A stretch of 64,000 nt of DNA from Pseudomonadota bacterium. GTDB lineage: Bacteria > Pseudomonadota > Alphaproteobacteria > GCA-2746255. The translations under genes were made by a program, and so were the position numbers. This document shows positions 28,221 to 36,550 of the stretch, one piece after another; the stretch's first letter is position 1; every line of letters starts with the position of its first letter. A model generated the notes under the pieces. That model saw nothing but the letters and a program-made list of their open reading frames with translations. It searched no databases and had not been told where the DNA came from. The stretch spans positions 139,626 through 203,625 of the forward strand of contig JBFMHN010000005.1 in NCBI GenBank assembly GCA_040752895.1, read 5' to 3'.

Positions 28221-29492
28221 ATGCCCAAGGTGCGCGCCTACGGCGCGGACGCCACGCTCAAGACTTGCCGCGAGGCGGCTTACGGCGTGGCGCCGCTGTC
28301 CGGCTACCGGAGCCTCGACTTCAAGTCGACCGATCTCTCCTCGGCCCAGCCGCTCGGCGATGATCCGCTGCTCGGGCGCGGGCGCAATGCCCAGGACCCT
28401 TATCGCGGCCTCATCACCGATGAGGGCCAGATCGAGATCCCGCTCGACCTCCGCGGCACCGGCTTCTGGCTCACCGGGCTCTTCGGCGACCCGGTGACGA
28501 CGACGGTCAAGGCCAGCGGCTCGATCGGCTTCGCCGCTAATCCATCCGCCGGTGACACGATCACCTTGAACGGCACCGTCTGGACCTTCGTCTCCGGCAT
28601 CCCCTCGGGCAACGAGACCCAGATCCAGGCGACCGCGACCCAGACCGTCGACCAGCTGGTGGCCGACCTCAACGCCTCGGCCGATGCGGAGGTGTCGAAG
28701 TGCACCTATTCGCGGCCGACGGGCACCCAGACGCTGGCGATTGAGTTCGACATCGCGGGACCCACAGGCAACGGCTTCACCATCGCCGCCTCGGCGGCGA
28801 GCGTCTCGGGGCCCACTCTCACCGGTGGCGGCCATGCCCACGTCTGGGAGAGCGGCGCCGACGACATCCCGAGCTACACGGTCGAGATCGGCCACCCGAA
28901 GCTCACGACGCCGGTCTTCTTCCGCCACCTCGGCACGGTGATGGAGAGCCTCGCCTTCGAGATGGGCCAGGAGGGCCCTGCCAATGCGCGGCTCCAGCTT
29001 GTGGCCCAGGGCGAGGAGCGATATGCCGCCACCGTCGATGCGGCGCCGGACAGCTACGCCCTCCGGCGCTTCAGCCAGGGGCGCGGCTTCATCCGCCGCG
29101 GCGGGTCGGCGCTCGCCGGCGTCACCGGCGGCAGCCTCACCTTCTCCAACAACCTGGAGCGGGTGCGGGTGATCCGCGAGGACGGCAAGATCGAGGCGGC
29201 CGATCCGACCTTCGCCTCGGCGCAGGGCGCGATGTCGGTGCGCTTCGACGGCGCGACGCTCGTCGCCGAGGCCACCGACGGCGATCCGGTCGCCCTCGAA
29301 TACGGCTTCACCTTCCCCGAAGGCTACGCGCTCCGCTTCGAGCTGCCGCGCGTCTTCCTGCCCAAGCCCAAGTACGCCGTCTCCGGCCCCGGAGGGGTCG
29401 AGGCGAGCTTCGACTGGCGCGCCGCCTTCGACGACACGGAAGGCACCATGCTGCGCGCCCATCTCCTCAACGACGTCACCAGCTACGTTTGA
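28221..29492 (+). CDS. major tail (tube) protein
   Basis: 423 aa. Its position before the chaperone-frameshift-tape-measure trio and a strong terminator downstream. Confidence 0.55.
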   Translation: MPKVRAYGADATLKTCREAAYGVAPLSGYRSLDFKSTDLSSAQPLGDDPLLGRGRNAQDPYRGLITDEGQIEIPLDLRGTGFWLTGLFGDPVTTTVKASGSIGFAANPSAGDTITLNGTVWTFVSGIPSGNETQIQATATQTVDQLVADLNASADAEVSKCTYSRPTGTQTLAIEFDIAGPTGNGFTIAASAASVSGPTLTGGGHAHVWESGADDIPSYTVEIGHPKLTTPVFFRHLGTVMESLAFEMGQEGPANARLQLVAQGEERYAATVDAAPDSYALRRFSQGRGFIRRGGSALAGVTGGSLTFSNNLERVRVIREDGKIEAADPTFASAQGAMSVRFDGATLVAEATDGDPVALEYGFTFPEGYALRFELPRVFLPKPKYAVSGPGGVEASFDWRAAFDDTEGTMLRAHLLNDVTSYV

Positions 29493-29534
29493 TCGCTTTC
29501 CCCGCCCGGCCGTTCGCCGGGAAAACAGTCCACC

Positions 29535-29560
29535 GGACTGTTTTCTGATCCGTCTCACCC
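29535..29560 (+). terminator. rho-independent terminator candidate after the major tail gene
   Basis: AACAGTCCaccGGACTGTT stem followed by TTCTG. Confidence 0.55.
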
Positions 29561-29587
29561 CTCCACGCCTCTTGTGAGGACTCTCCC

Positions 29588-29944
29588 ATGATCCGTCTCG
29601 ATTTGAAACGCGAGCCCTATTGGCTCGACCTTGGCCATGGCGCGCGCGTCCATGTCCGGCCTTGCACCACGGCTCTCGTCATGGCCGCGCGGGCGGCGGT
29701 GGCGCGCAGCATTGATCCGACTACGGACGAAAACGCCGTCGGCGAGCGGACCGCGGCGCTCGTCAAGGCGCTCGCGAAGTCAGCGATCGACGGCTGGGAA
29801 GGCGTAGGCGATGAAAAGGGTGAGCCGGCCAAGCTCACGCCCGAAGGCGTCGATGCGCTGATGGACCTCTGGCCGATCGCCGAGTCCTTCGAGCGTCAGT
29901 ATCTCGGTCCGGCGCTGCTGCTGGACGCCGAAAAAAACGCCTGA
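29588..29944 (+). CDS. tail assembly chaperone (gpG-like)
   Basis: 118 aa ORF immediately upstream of the tape measure region. Ends 4 nt after the slippery heptamer. Confidence 0.6.
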   Translation: MIRLDLKREPYWLDLGHGARVHVRPCTTALVMAARAAVARSIDPTTDENAVGERTAALVKALAKSAIDGWEGVGDEKGEPAKLTPEGVDALMDLWPIAESFERQYLGPALLLDAEKNA

Positions 29945-30309
29945 CGGCCCGCGCCAAGTGGCACTTCGGCGGCGGGCCGGCCTATTGCGACGGGTGCCGG
30001 CGTGACGGTCGTCCCTGTGCGCGGGGCGAGCCCGGCATCGACGGCGCCCTCTGCCCCTACATCGCCAACGAGCCGCTGACCGATGCCGGTTGGCAGGCCT
30101 GGGACGTGCTCACGCGCTCAGGTGGCCAGCTACGGATCGTGCCCGGCGCCGTGATCGGCATCGATCTCGTGGCCGCGCTGCGGCTCGGCGAGGCCCTCGG
30201 CCATGACCTCCAGGCGCTGGCCGAGCTCCTGCCCGCCGGCGAGGCCGGCCTCGTGAAGGCGATGAACAATCGGCTCACCGACAATTACGAAGACTCGCGA
30301 AATCCGTGA
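29588..30309 (+). CDS. tail assembly chaperone -1 frameshift fusion product (gpGT-like) with Cys-rich extension
   Basis: Frame-1 ORF (listed 30106-30309, actually open from the slip site) is contiguous with the chaperone ORF after a -1 shift at AAAAAAC. The extension contains a CxxC...C...C cluster. Confidence 0.5.
29932..29938 (+). other. -1 programmed ribosomal frameshift slippery heptamer A_AAA_AAC
   Basis: Zero-frame codons GAA AAA AAC GCC TGA. The -1 frame continues open for ~120 codons (KKRLTARAKWHFGGGPAYCDGC...) to 30309. Confidence 0.6.
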
Positions 30310-30344
30310 CCCCCTCATAAACTCAATCAAAATGGGAGGGGGAG

Positions 30345-30668
30345 ATGGCGAAAAGACCCAATCGCGTTACCGAGGCCGAGGTTGCCTTTGCGACGCTGCA
30401 GATCGCGGCAAGCCGGCCCAATGGCACAGCAACGTATCAGCGACTGAAAAAGGAACTGCCCGATTACCTCAAGCTATCGGCGGAGGATCAGGTGCAGTCG
30501 CTGACCCGTCCGAATGAAGAACTGTGGGAGCAACTGATCCGGAACATCAAATCGCACTCCGATACGCCGGGGAACATAATCTGCGAGGGATATGCGACGC
30601 ATGTTCCCCGCGTTGGCTACAGGATCACGGATAGCGGCAGGCGCTACTTGAAAAGCAAAGGCTACTGA
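30345..30668 (+). CDS. standalone Mrr_N-like winged-helix protein (moron)
   Basis: 107 aa. LKKELPDYLKLSAEDQVQSL...WEQLIRNIKSH...GYATHVPRVGYRITDSGRRYLK resembles the N-terminal wHTH of Mrr-type restriction proteins. Local GC is clearly lower than in the flanks. Confidence 0.4.
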   Translation: MAKRPNRVTEAEVAFATLQIAASRPNGTATYQRLKKELPDYLKLSAEDQVQSLTRPNEELWEQLIRNIKSHSDTPGNIICEGYATHVPRVGYRITDSGRRYLKSKGY

Positions 30669-31258
30669 GAATAACGCGCCTTGTAGCCGGGCTTGAACCA
30701 TCGGAGTTCGGTTCCGCTCGGCGCGTCCTTGTCCCAGACAAACCACGCATAGGCCGTAGTGCCGGTCCCCTTCACCTCGACGCCGGTCGGATAGAAGGTG
30801 ATCCGTTCGCTGAAGACCCAGACGCGCGAGGGTGGACATCTTTCGAAGATTGTCCTGGCGCGGTTTGCACCCTCCAGGAACGCGAGGCGTAGTAAGAGCG
30901 CGAACTTCCTCTTGGCGAGATTCACGCCATTCGCCACGAATGCTTCCGCACTGTTGTATGGCGGGTTCGTGATGATGTTGTCAGCGCTCCGCGACGCCGT
31001 CAGGAAGTCAACTCCGATATCGCCAAACCCGCGATCGTAAAGATCGGAGCTGCGTACCGGGCGAGTAGTCTCTGCGAGAACCCGGGACATTGCGCCGTCA
31101 CCGCAGGCGCATTCCCAAATGTCACCCTTGAACTTCTCATTGTCGATGAGTGCGTAAGTCGCCCATGGAGGCGTCGGAAAGAAGTCCGGCCCGCTCAGGT
31201 CGGCGAAGCGCTTGATCGTTGGCTTGAAGCCGCCGTTGAGATTGTATGTTGCGTCCAT
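30662..31258 (-). CDS. small N6-adenine DNA methyltransferase (NPPY motif), moron
   Basis: Motif IITNPPYN with an upstream FxGxG-like ECACGDGAM. True start is MDATYNL (ATG ~31258). The longer six-frame ORF (to 32536) is an antisense extension into the tape-measure gene. Convergent with the wHTH gene, 7 nt overlap. Confidence 0.65.
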   Translation of the reverse strand: MDATYNLNGGFKPTIKRFADLSGPDFFPTPPWATYALIDNEKFKGDIWECACGDGAMSRVLAETTRPVRSSDLYDRGFGDIGVDFLTASRSADNIITNPPYNSAEAFVANGVNLAKRKFALLLRLAFLEGANRARTIFERCPPSRVWVFSERITFYPTGVEVKGTGTTAYAWFVWDKDAPSGTELRWFKPGYKARYSQ

Positions 31259-31486
31259 CCAAAAAAAACCTAACAGAATCAGATGGTTAGTAAAGCGAAA
31301 ATTTTGCGAGTCTTTTGAATCACTTAGCGCCTCAGCGCGTTCCGAGAGCCTACGAACTGCCGAATCGATCAGCACCGAACGTCCTATCGCCTCGTCCCCT
31401 GATGACCACCGAGAGCCCGAGCTAGAGGCCCAGAACCTCCAGGGCACCGACACTCTGCCTGCCTTCAACCCCACTCGGGACAGATC

Positions 31487-33931
31487 ATGACCACCCGCAA
31501 TCTCGCCGTGCGCCTTGCCGTCATCGACGGCGGCAAGGTGAAGGCAGAGCTGCGCGACGTCGGCGAGAGCGGCCAGCGCTCGCTCAAGCGCATCGAAGAC
31601 TCTGCGCGGCCCGCCTCGCGCGCGCTGCAGGCGATCGACGGCGCTGCCGGGCAGGTCCGCGGCTCGCTCGAAGGGCTGACCAGCCGCCTCGGCCCTCTGG
31701 GCGGGGCGCTCTCGCGGCTCGGCCCGGCCGGCCTTGCCGCCGGCGCGGCGATCGCGGGCCTCGGGCTCATCCTCACGCGCGGCGTGCAGGAGGCGGCCGA
31801 GGCCGACCGCTCCTACCGCCGCCTCGAGGCGGTGCTGCGCGCGACGGGCTACGCCTCGGGCCTGACGGCGCGCGAGATCGCCGGCTTCGCCGAGGAGATG
31901 GAGCGCTCGACGCTCGCCTCGGCCGAGTCCGTCCAAGACGCGGCTTCGGTGCTCGCGACCTTCCGCTCGGTCTCCGGCGAGACCTTCACGCGGGCGATCC
32001 GGCTGGCGCAGGACCTGTCCACGGTCTTCGGGCAGGACCTGCGCTCCAGCGCCACGCAGCTCGGCAAGGCGCTCGAAGAGCCCATACAGGGCATCTCGGC
32101 GCTCCGCCGGGTCGGCGTCTCCTTCACCGCCTCGCAGCGCGAGCTCATCGAATCGCTGGTCGAGACCGGCCAGACGGCGGAAGCGCAGAAGGTCATCCTC
32201 GATGCGCTCGAACAGCAGGTCGGCGGCGCCAGTGCCGCCGAGGCCGGCGGCCTCACCGGCGCCGCCAACCGCCTGTCCGACGCCTGGGGCAATCTCCTCG
32301 AGGCCATCGGCCGCACGCCTGCCGTTTCCGGGCTTGCAGAGGGCGCGCTCAACCTGCTCGCCGATGCCGCCGAGGGCGTGGCGAGCCTCTTCGAGGACGA
32401 CCCGATCTCGGTCCGCATCGTCGAGACCAACCGGCGGCTCATCGAGGCCGAGGACCGGCTCGTGAGGTTCAGGGAGAGCGGCAACCGCCGTGCCGTCGCC
32501 GTGACCCAGCGCCTGGTCGAGGACCTGAGGCGCCAAGTCGACGAGCTCATCGCTGAGGCGCGCAGGGAGGCCGAGGCCTTCGCTGAGGAGCAGCAGCGCG
32601 CGGAAGCGGGCCGCCGCGCCGCGGAAGCGGAGCGCCTAGCCGAGCTCCTCAGCACGCAGCGCCGCGAGATCGGCCGCGCGATCGACCAGATTGCGACGGA
32701 CCCCGCCGAGCGCATCGCGCGGATCAACCGGGAGCTCGATGAGACGCGCCGGCGGCTGGACGCGCTCCGCGCTCCGGACGGCAGCAACGCCGCCGACGTG
32801 GACGCGGCCATCGGCCGGGCCGAGGAGCTGGCGCGGCGGCGGATCGAGGCGATCGAGCGGCCGGCGCGGGAGGCCGCGGGCCGCGTCGCCGCCGCCAATG
32901 CCCGGGTGATCGAGGATCTCGGCCGGCAGCTCGCCGGTCTTGCCGACGAGCGCCAGGCCTTCATCGACCAGGCGCTCTCGCGCCTCTCGGAGGGCGCCAC
33001 GGCGGCGCAGCGCGCCGAGGTCGAGCGGCTCGCGGGCGCTCTCTACGACGAGAAGCAGGCCCGTGAAGAGCTCGCCAAGGCGATGCAGGAGGAGGAGCGG
33101 CTGCGCGAGGAGGGGCGGCGCCTCGTCGAGCAGCTGCGCACGCCGACCGAGGAGTATGGCGTGGCCGTCGAGCGCCTGAGCACGCTGCTCAGCGCCGGCG
33201 CGATCGATCAGGAGACGTTCAACCGCGCGCTCGTCAAGGCGAACGAGGACTTGGCGGCAGCGCAGGACCGGCTGCTCCGCCAGAGCCGGGAGTGGCAGGA
33301 CGGCGTCACCCGGGCGCTCAGGGACTATGCCGACGCGGCGACCGACTCCGCCAAGGCCGCAGAGCAGGCGACCGCGCTCGCCTTCAAAACCATGGAGGAC
33401 GCGCTCGTCTCCTTTGTGACCACGGGCAAGTTCGAGTTCGCCTCCTTCGCCGACAGCATCCTGGCGGACATCACCCGCATCGCGGTCCGCCAGGCGATCC
33501 TGGCACCGCTTGCCAACCTGCTCTCCGGCGGCAGTGAGGGCGGCGACCTCCTGGGCGGCCTCGGGCAGGTCTTCGCCGGGATCTTCCACGGCGGCGGGGT
33601 CGCCGGGCGCGACGCCACGCCTGCACGCGGCGTCGATGCCGCGGTGTTCCTAACGGCGCCCCGCTACCATACGGGCGGCTTCGCGGGCCTCGCGCCGGAC
33701 GAGATGCCGGCGATCCTGCGCCGCGGCGAGGCCGTGCTCACGCCGGAGCAGATGGCGGCGCTCGGCGCCGGCGCTCGCGGCCAAGCCGAGCGGCGGCCGG
33801 TCCCTGCGCAGGCGGGGATCACCGTGGTGATGAACATCTCGACGCCCGACGTGGGCGGCTTCCGCTACGCCCAGGGGCAGATCGCGGCCGACGCCGCGCG
33901 CGCCATCGACCGGGCGCGGCGCAACCTCTGA
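31487..33931 (+). CDS. tail tape measure protein
   Basis: 814 aa, long Ala/Arg/Glu-rich coiled-coil. Position after the G/GT chaperone. Confidence 0.75.
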   Translation: MTTRNLAVRLAVIDGGKVKAELRDVGESGQRSLKRIEDSARPASRALQAIDGAAGQVRGSLEGLTSRLGPLGGALSRLGPAGLAAGAAIAGLGLILTRGVQEAAEADRSYRRLEAVLRATGYASGLTAREIAGFAEEMERSTLASAESVQDAASVLATFRSVSGETFTRAIRLAQDLSTVFGQDLRSSATQLGKALEEPIQGISALRRVGVSFTASQRELIESLVETGQTAEAQKVILDALEQQVGGASAAEAGGLTGAANRLSDAWGNLLEAIGRTPAVSGLAEGALNLLADAAEGVASLFEDDPISVRIVETNRRLIEAEDRLVRFRESGNRRAVAVTQRLVEDLRRQVDELIAEARREAEAFAEEQQRAEAGRRAAEAERLAELLSTQRREIGRAIDQIATDPAERIARINRELDETRRRLDALRAPDGSNAADVDAAIGRAEELARRRIEAIERPAREAAGRVAAANARVIEDLGRQLAGLADERQAFIDQALSRLSEGATAAQRAEVERLAGALYDEKQAREELAKAMQEEERLREEGRRLVEQLRTPTEEYGVAVERLSTLLSAGAIDQETFNRALVKANEDLAAAQDRLLRQSREWQDGVTRALRDYADAATDSAKAAEQATALAFKTMEDALVSFVTTGKFEFASFADSILADITRIAVRQAILAPLANLLSGGSEGGDLLGGLGQVFAGIFHGGGVAGRDATPARGVDAAVFLTAPRYHTGGFAGLAPDEMPAILRRGEAVLTPEQMAALGAGARGQAERRPVPAQAGITVVMNISTPDVGGFRYAQGQIAADAARAIDRARRNL

Positions 33932-33943
33932 CGCGCATCGACC

Positions 33944-34546
33944 ATGACCGGCTTCCATGAGATGCAGTTCCCGCCCGACATCTCCTATGGCGCCTCGGGC
34001 GGTCCCGGCTACTCGACCACGGTGGTCACCACGGTGTCGGGCCACGAGCGGCGCAACGCCAACTGGGCTGAGGCGCGCGGGCGCTGGAACGTCGCGCATG
34101 GCCTCAAGAAGCGCGAGCAGGTGGCCGAGCTCATCGCCTTCTTCCGGGCGCGCAAGGGCCGCGCCTACGGCTTCCGCTTCAAGGACTGGACCGACTACCA
34201 GGCCTTCGCCCAACTGATCGGCATTGGCGACGGCACGACCAAGACCTTCCAGCTGGTCAAGCGCTACGCGAGCGGGGGCGAGATCGAGACGCGCGTCGCC
34301 GCCAAGCCCGTCGCCGGCACGGTCCGGGTCTATCGCGACGGCGTCGAGGCGGCCTCGGGCTGGACCGTGAACACGGCGACCGGCCTCGTCACCTTCACTT
34401 CCGCGCCCGCCTCCGGCGTGCAGGTGACGGCCGACTTCGAGTTCGACGTGCCGGCCCGCTTCGACAGCGACCAGATGGATATCACCATCGAGACCTACCA
34501 GCTCGGCAGCTGGGGGCAGATCATCATCGTCGAGATCCGGCCATGA
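33944..34546 (+). CDS. GTA gp12-like distal tail protein (DUF2460 family)
   Basis: Sequence MQFPPDISYGASGGPGYSTTVVTT...RRNANW...RFDSDQMDI matches the DUF2460 / RcGTA g12 family. Confidence 0.65.
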   Translation: MTGFHEMQFPPDISYGASGGPGYSTTVVTTVSGHERRNANWAEARGRWNVAHGLKKREQVAELIAFFRARKGRAYGFRFKDWTDYQAFAQLIGIGDGTTKTFQLVKRYASGGEIETRVAAKPVAGTVRVYRDGVEAASGWTVNTATGLVTFTSAPASGVQVTADFEFDVPARFDSDQMDITIETYQLGSWGQIIIVEIRP

Positions 34547-36123
34547 AGTCCGTTTCCGCAGCGCTCGCGGCCCATCTCGCCGGGCCGGTGACGACGCTCG
34601 CCACCTGCTGGCGCATCACGCGGCGGGATGGGCGGGAGTTCTTCTTCACCGATCACGACCGCGACCTCGTCTTCGAGGGCGAGGTCTACAGGGCGAGCTC
34701 GGGCTACTCGCGCACGGCGATCGCCAACGATTCGAGCCTCGGCGTCGACAACCTCGACGTCGAGGGCGTGTTCGACACGCAAGCGATCACCGAGGAGGAG
34801 CTGCGTGCGGGGCTGTTCGATCAGGCCGAGGTGCGCATCTTCCTCGTCAACTGGGCCGACCCGTCGATGGGCAGCTTGCGAATGCGCCGCGGTTGGTTCG
34901 GCGAGGTGGTGCTGACCGAGCAGGGCGTCTTCCGCACCGAGCTCAGGGGCATGACCCAGGCGCTCTCCCAGCGCATCGGCGAGCTCTACAGCCCCGAATG
35001 CCGCGCCGATCTCGGCGACGACCGCTGCAAGGTGCCGATCCATCCGCCGGAGATCCAGCGCTCGGCCGCCTATGCGGTGGGCGACATCGTCCGTGTCCGG
35101 ACGTCCTCGGCGCTGGCGACGATCGGCATCCCCTTCGTGAATCCGGGCTTCGATGCGGGCGACCTTTCCGGCTGGACCCTGGTGTCAGGCTCGGCGTCGG
35201 CCAAGACCTCGAACGGCGCGCTCGGGCCGAAGACGGGAACGCACTTCATCGAAGGCGGCAATGTTTCCAGCTTCGAGGTCCGCCAGACCGTCGATCTCGC
35301 AGGCGTGCTCGATCCCGCCACGACCGATGGCGGCAGCTATCTCCTCACCGTTGGCGCCTGGCGGGCCAATGGCGGCGGCGATACCGCCGACCAGGGCCGG
35401 GTGCGCGTCGAGCTGCTGGACGAAGCGGGCGCGGTGCTCGCGACGCCGCTCGACACTGGCAACGAGGCGATGGCGGGCGTCTGGACGCTCCGGCAAGCTG
35501 CCGACGCCCCGGTGCCGGCCGGCGCGCGGCAGCTGCGGGTGGTCTTCAGCGGGACGCGCGTGAGCGGCACGGCCTGCAACGCTGCGCTCGACGGCGTCTC
35601 CGGCTACTTCACCGACACCACCACCGGCGTCGGCACCGCCGCCGTCTACGAGAACCGGATCTACCGCTGCGTCGCGGTGGGCACCACCGCTGCGGTCCAG
35701 CCCGCCTACGACACGGGCGTCGGCCAGCAGACCACGGATGGCAGCGCCGTGTTCGAGGCGATGGAGGCGTGGAGCCGTGCGGGGCTCGTCGCCGATGTGG
35801 TCGACCGCGCCGTCTTCACCGCCTCCATCGACGAGCCGCGCGCGGCCGACGGCTGGTTCGCGGGCGGCGTGCTGACCTGGGAGAGCGGTCCGAACACCGG
35901 CCGCTCGATCGAGGTCAAGGCCTGGACGCAAGCGAGCGGCCGGATCGAGCTCTTCCTCCCCATGGGCTATGCGATCCGGGTCGGCGATCTCTTCCGCATA
36001 CACCCCGGCTGCGACAAGCGCCTCGATACCTGCATCGATCGCTTTGCCAACGTCCTCAACTTCCGCGGCGAGCCCTACGTGCCGGGCCAGGACGCCATCA
36101 TGAGCTACCCCGATGCCCGCTGA
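34543..36123 (+). CDS. GTA gp13-like tail hub protein (DUF2163 / BR0599 family) with large internal insertion
   Basis: N-terminal LATCWRITRRDGREFFFTDHDRDLVFEGEVY and C-terminal GCDKRLDTCIDRFANVLNFRGEPYVPGQD are DUF2163 hallmarks. At 526 aa it is ~200 aa longer than typical members. Confidence 0.6.
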   Translation: MKSVSAALAAHLAGPVTTLATCWRITRRDGREFFFTDHDRDLVFEGEVYRASSGYSRTAIANDSSLGVDNLDVEGVFDTQAITEEELRAGLFDQAEVRIFLVNWADPSMGSLRMRRGWFGEVVLTEQGVFRTELRGMTQALSQRIGELYSPECRADLGDDRCKVPIHPPEIQRSAAYAVGDIVRVRTSSALATIGIPFVNPGFDAGDLSGWTLVSGSASAKTSNGALGPKTGTHFIEGGNVSSFEVRQTVDLAGVLDPATTDGGSYLLTVGAWRANGGGDTADQGRVRVELLDEAGAVLATPLDTGNEAMAGVWTLRQAADAPVPAGARQLRVVFSGTRVSGTACNAALDGVSGYFTDTTTGVGTAAVYENRIYRCVAVGTTAAVQPAYDTGVGQQTTDGSAVFEAMEAWSRAGLVADVVDRAVFTASIDEPRAADGWFAGGVLTWESGPNTGRSIEVKAWTQASGRIELFLPMGYAIRVGDLFRIHPGCDKRLDTCIDRFANVLNFRGEPYVPGQDAIMSYPDAR

Positions 36124-36547
36124 GATAATCACGCCCGAGCAGATCGTCGCGGAGGCGCGGAGCTGGCTCGGCGTGCCCTGGCGCCACCAGGGGCGGACCC
36201 GTTCCGGCATCGACTGCGTCGGCCTCGTGGTGCAGGTCGCGCGCGCCCTCGGGCTCTCGGACTACGACCACACCGCCTATGGCCGCCGTGCCCAGGGCCA
36301 GGGCTTCGTCGAGCACTTCCGCACCAACATGGACGGCGTCGCCATCCCGGAGGCAGGGCCGGGCGACGTGCTCGTCTTCGCCGACCAGGCCTATCCCTGC
36401 CACTGCGGCTTCCTCACCGAGCGGCTGAGCCATCCGCATCTCATCCACGCCCATGCGCTCCGGCGCAAGGTGATCGAGGAGCCCTACGCCGGCGAGTGGC
36501 TCGCCAAGGTCAAGTTCGCCTTCCGCTTCCGCAAGCCCGTCGTCTGA
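36113..36547 (+). CDS. NlpC/P60 family cell-wall peptidase (GTA gp14-like)
   Basis: Catalytic Cys context GIDCVGLVVQV plus downstream His (HCGFL...HAHA). Confidence 0.65.
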   Translation: MPAEIITPEQIVAEARSWLGVPWRHQGRTRSGIDCVGLVVQVARALGLSDYDHTAYGRRAQGQGFVEHFRTNMDGVAIPEAGPGDVLVFADQAYPCHCGFLTERLSHPHLIHAHALRRKVIEEPYAGEWLAKVKFAFRFRKPVV

Positions 36548-36550
36548 TCC

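Noticed and set aside
30662-32536. 624 aa minus-strand ORF listed as one gene
   Set aside because: Only the 3' ~600 nt (the methyltransferase with NPPY) is real. The upstream 1.3 kb runs antisense through the tape-measure gene and changes abruptly in GC and composition.
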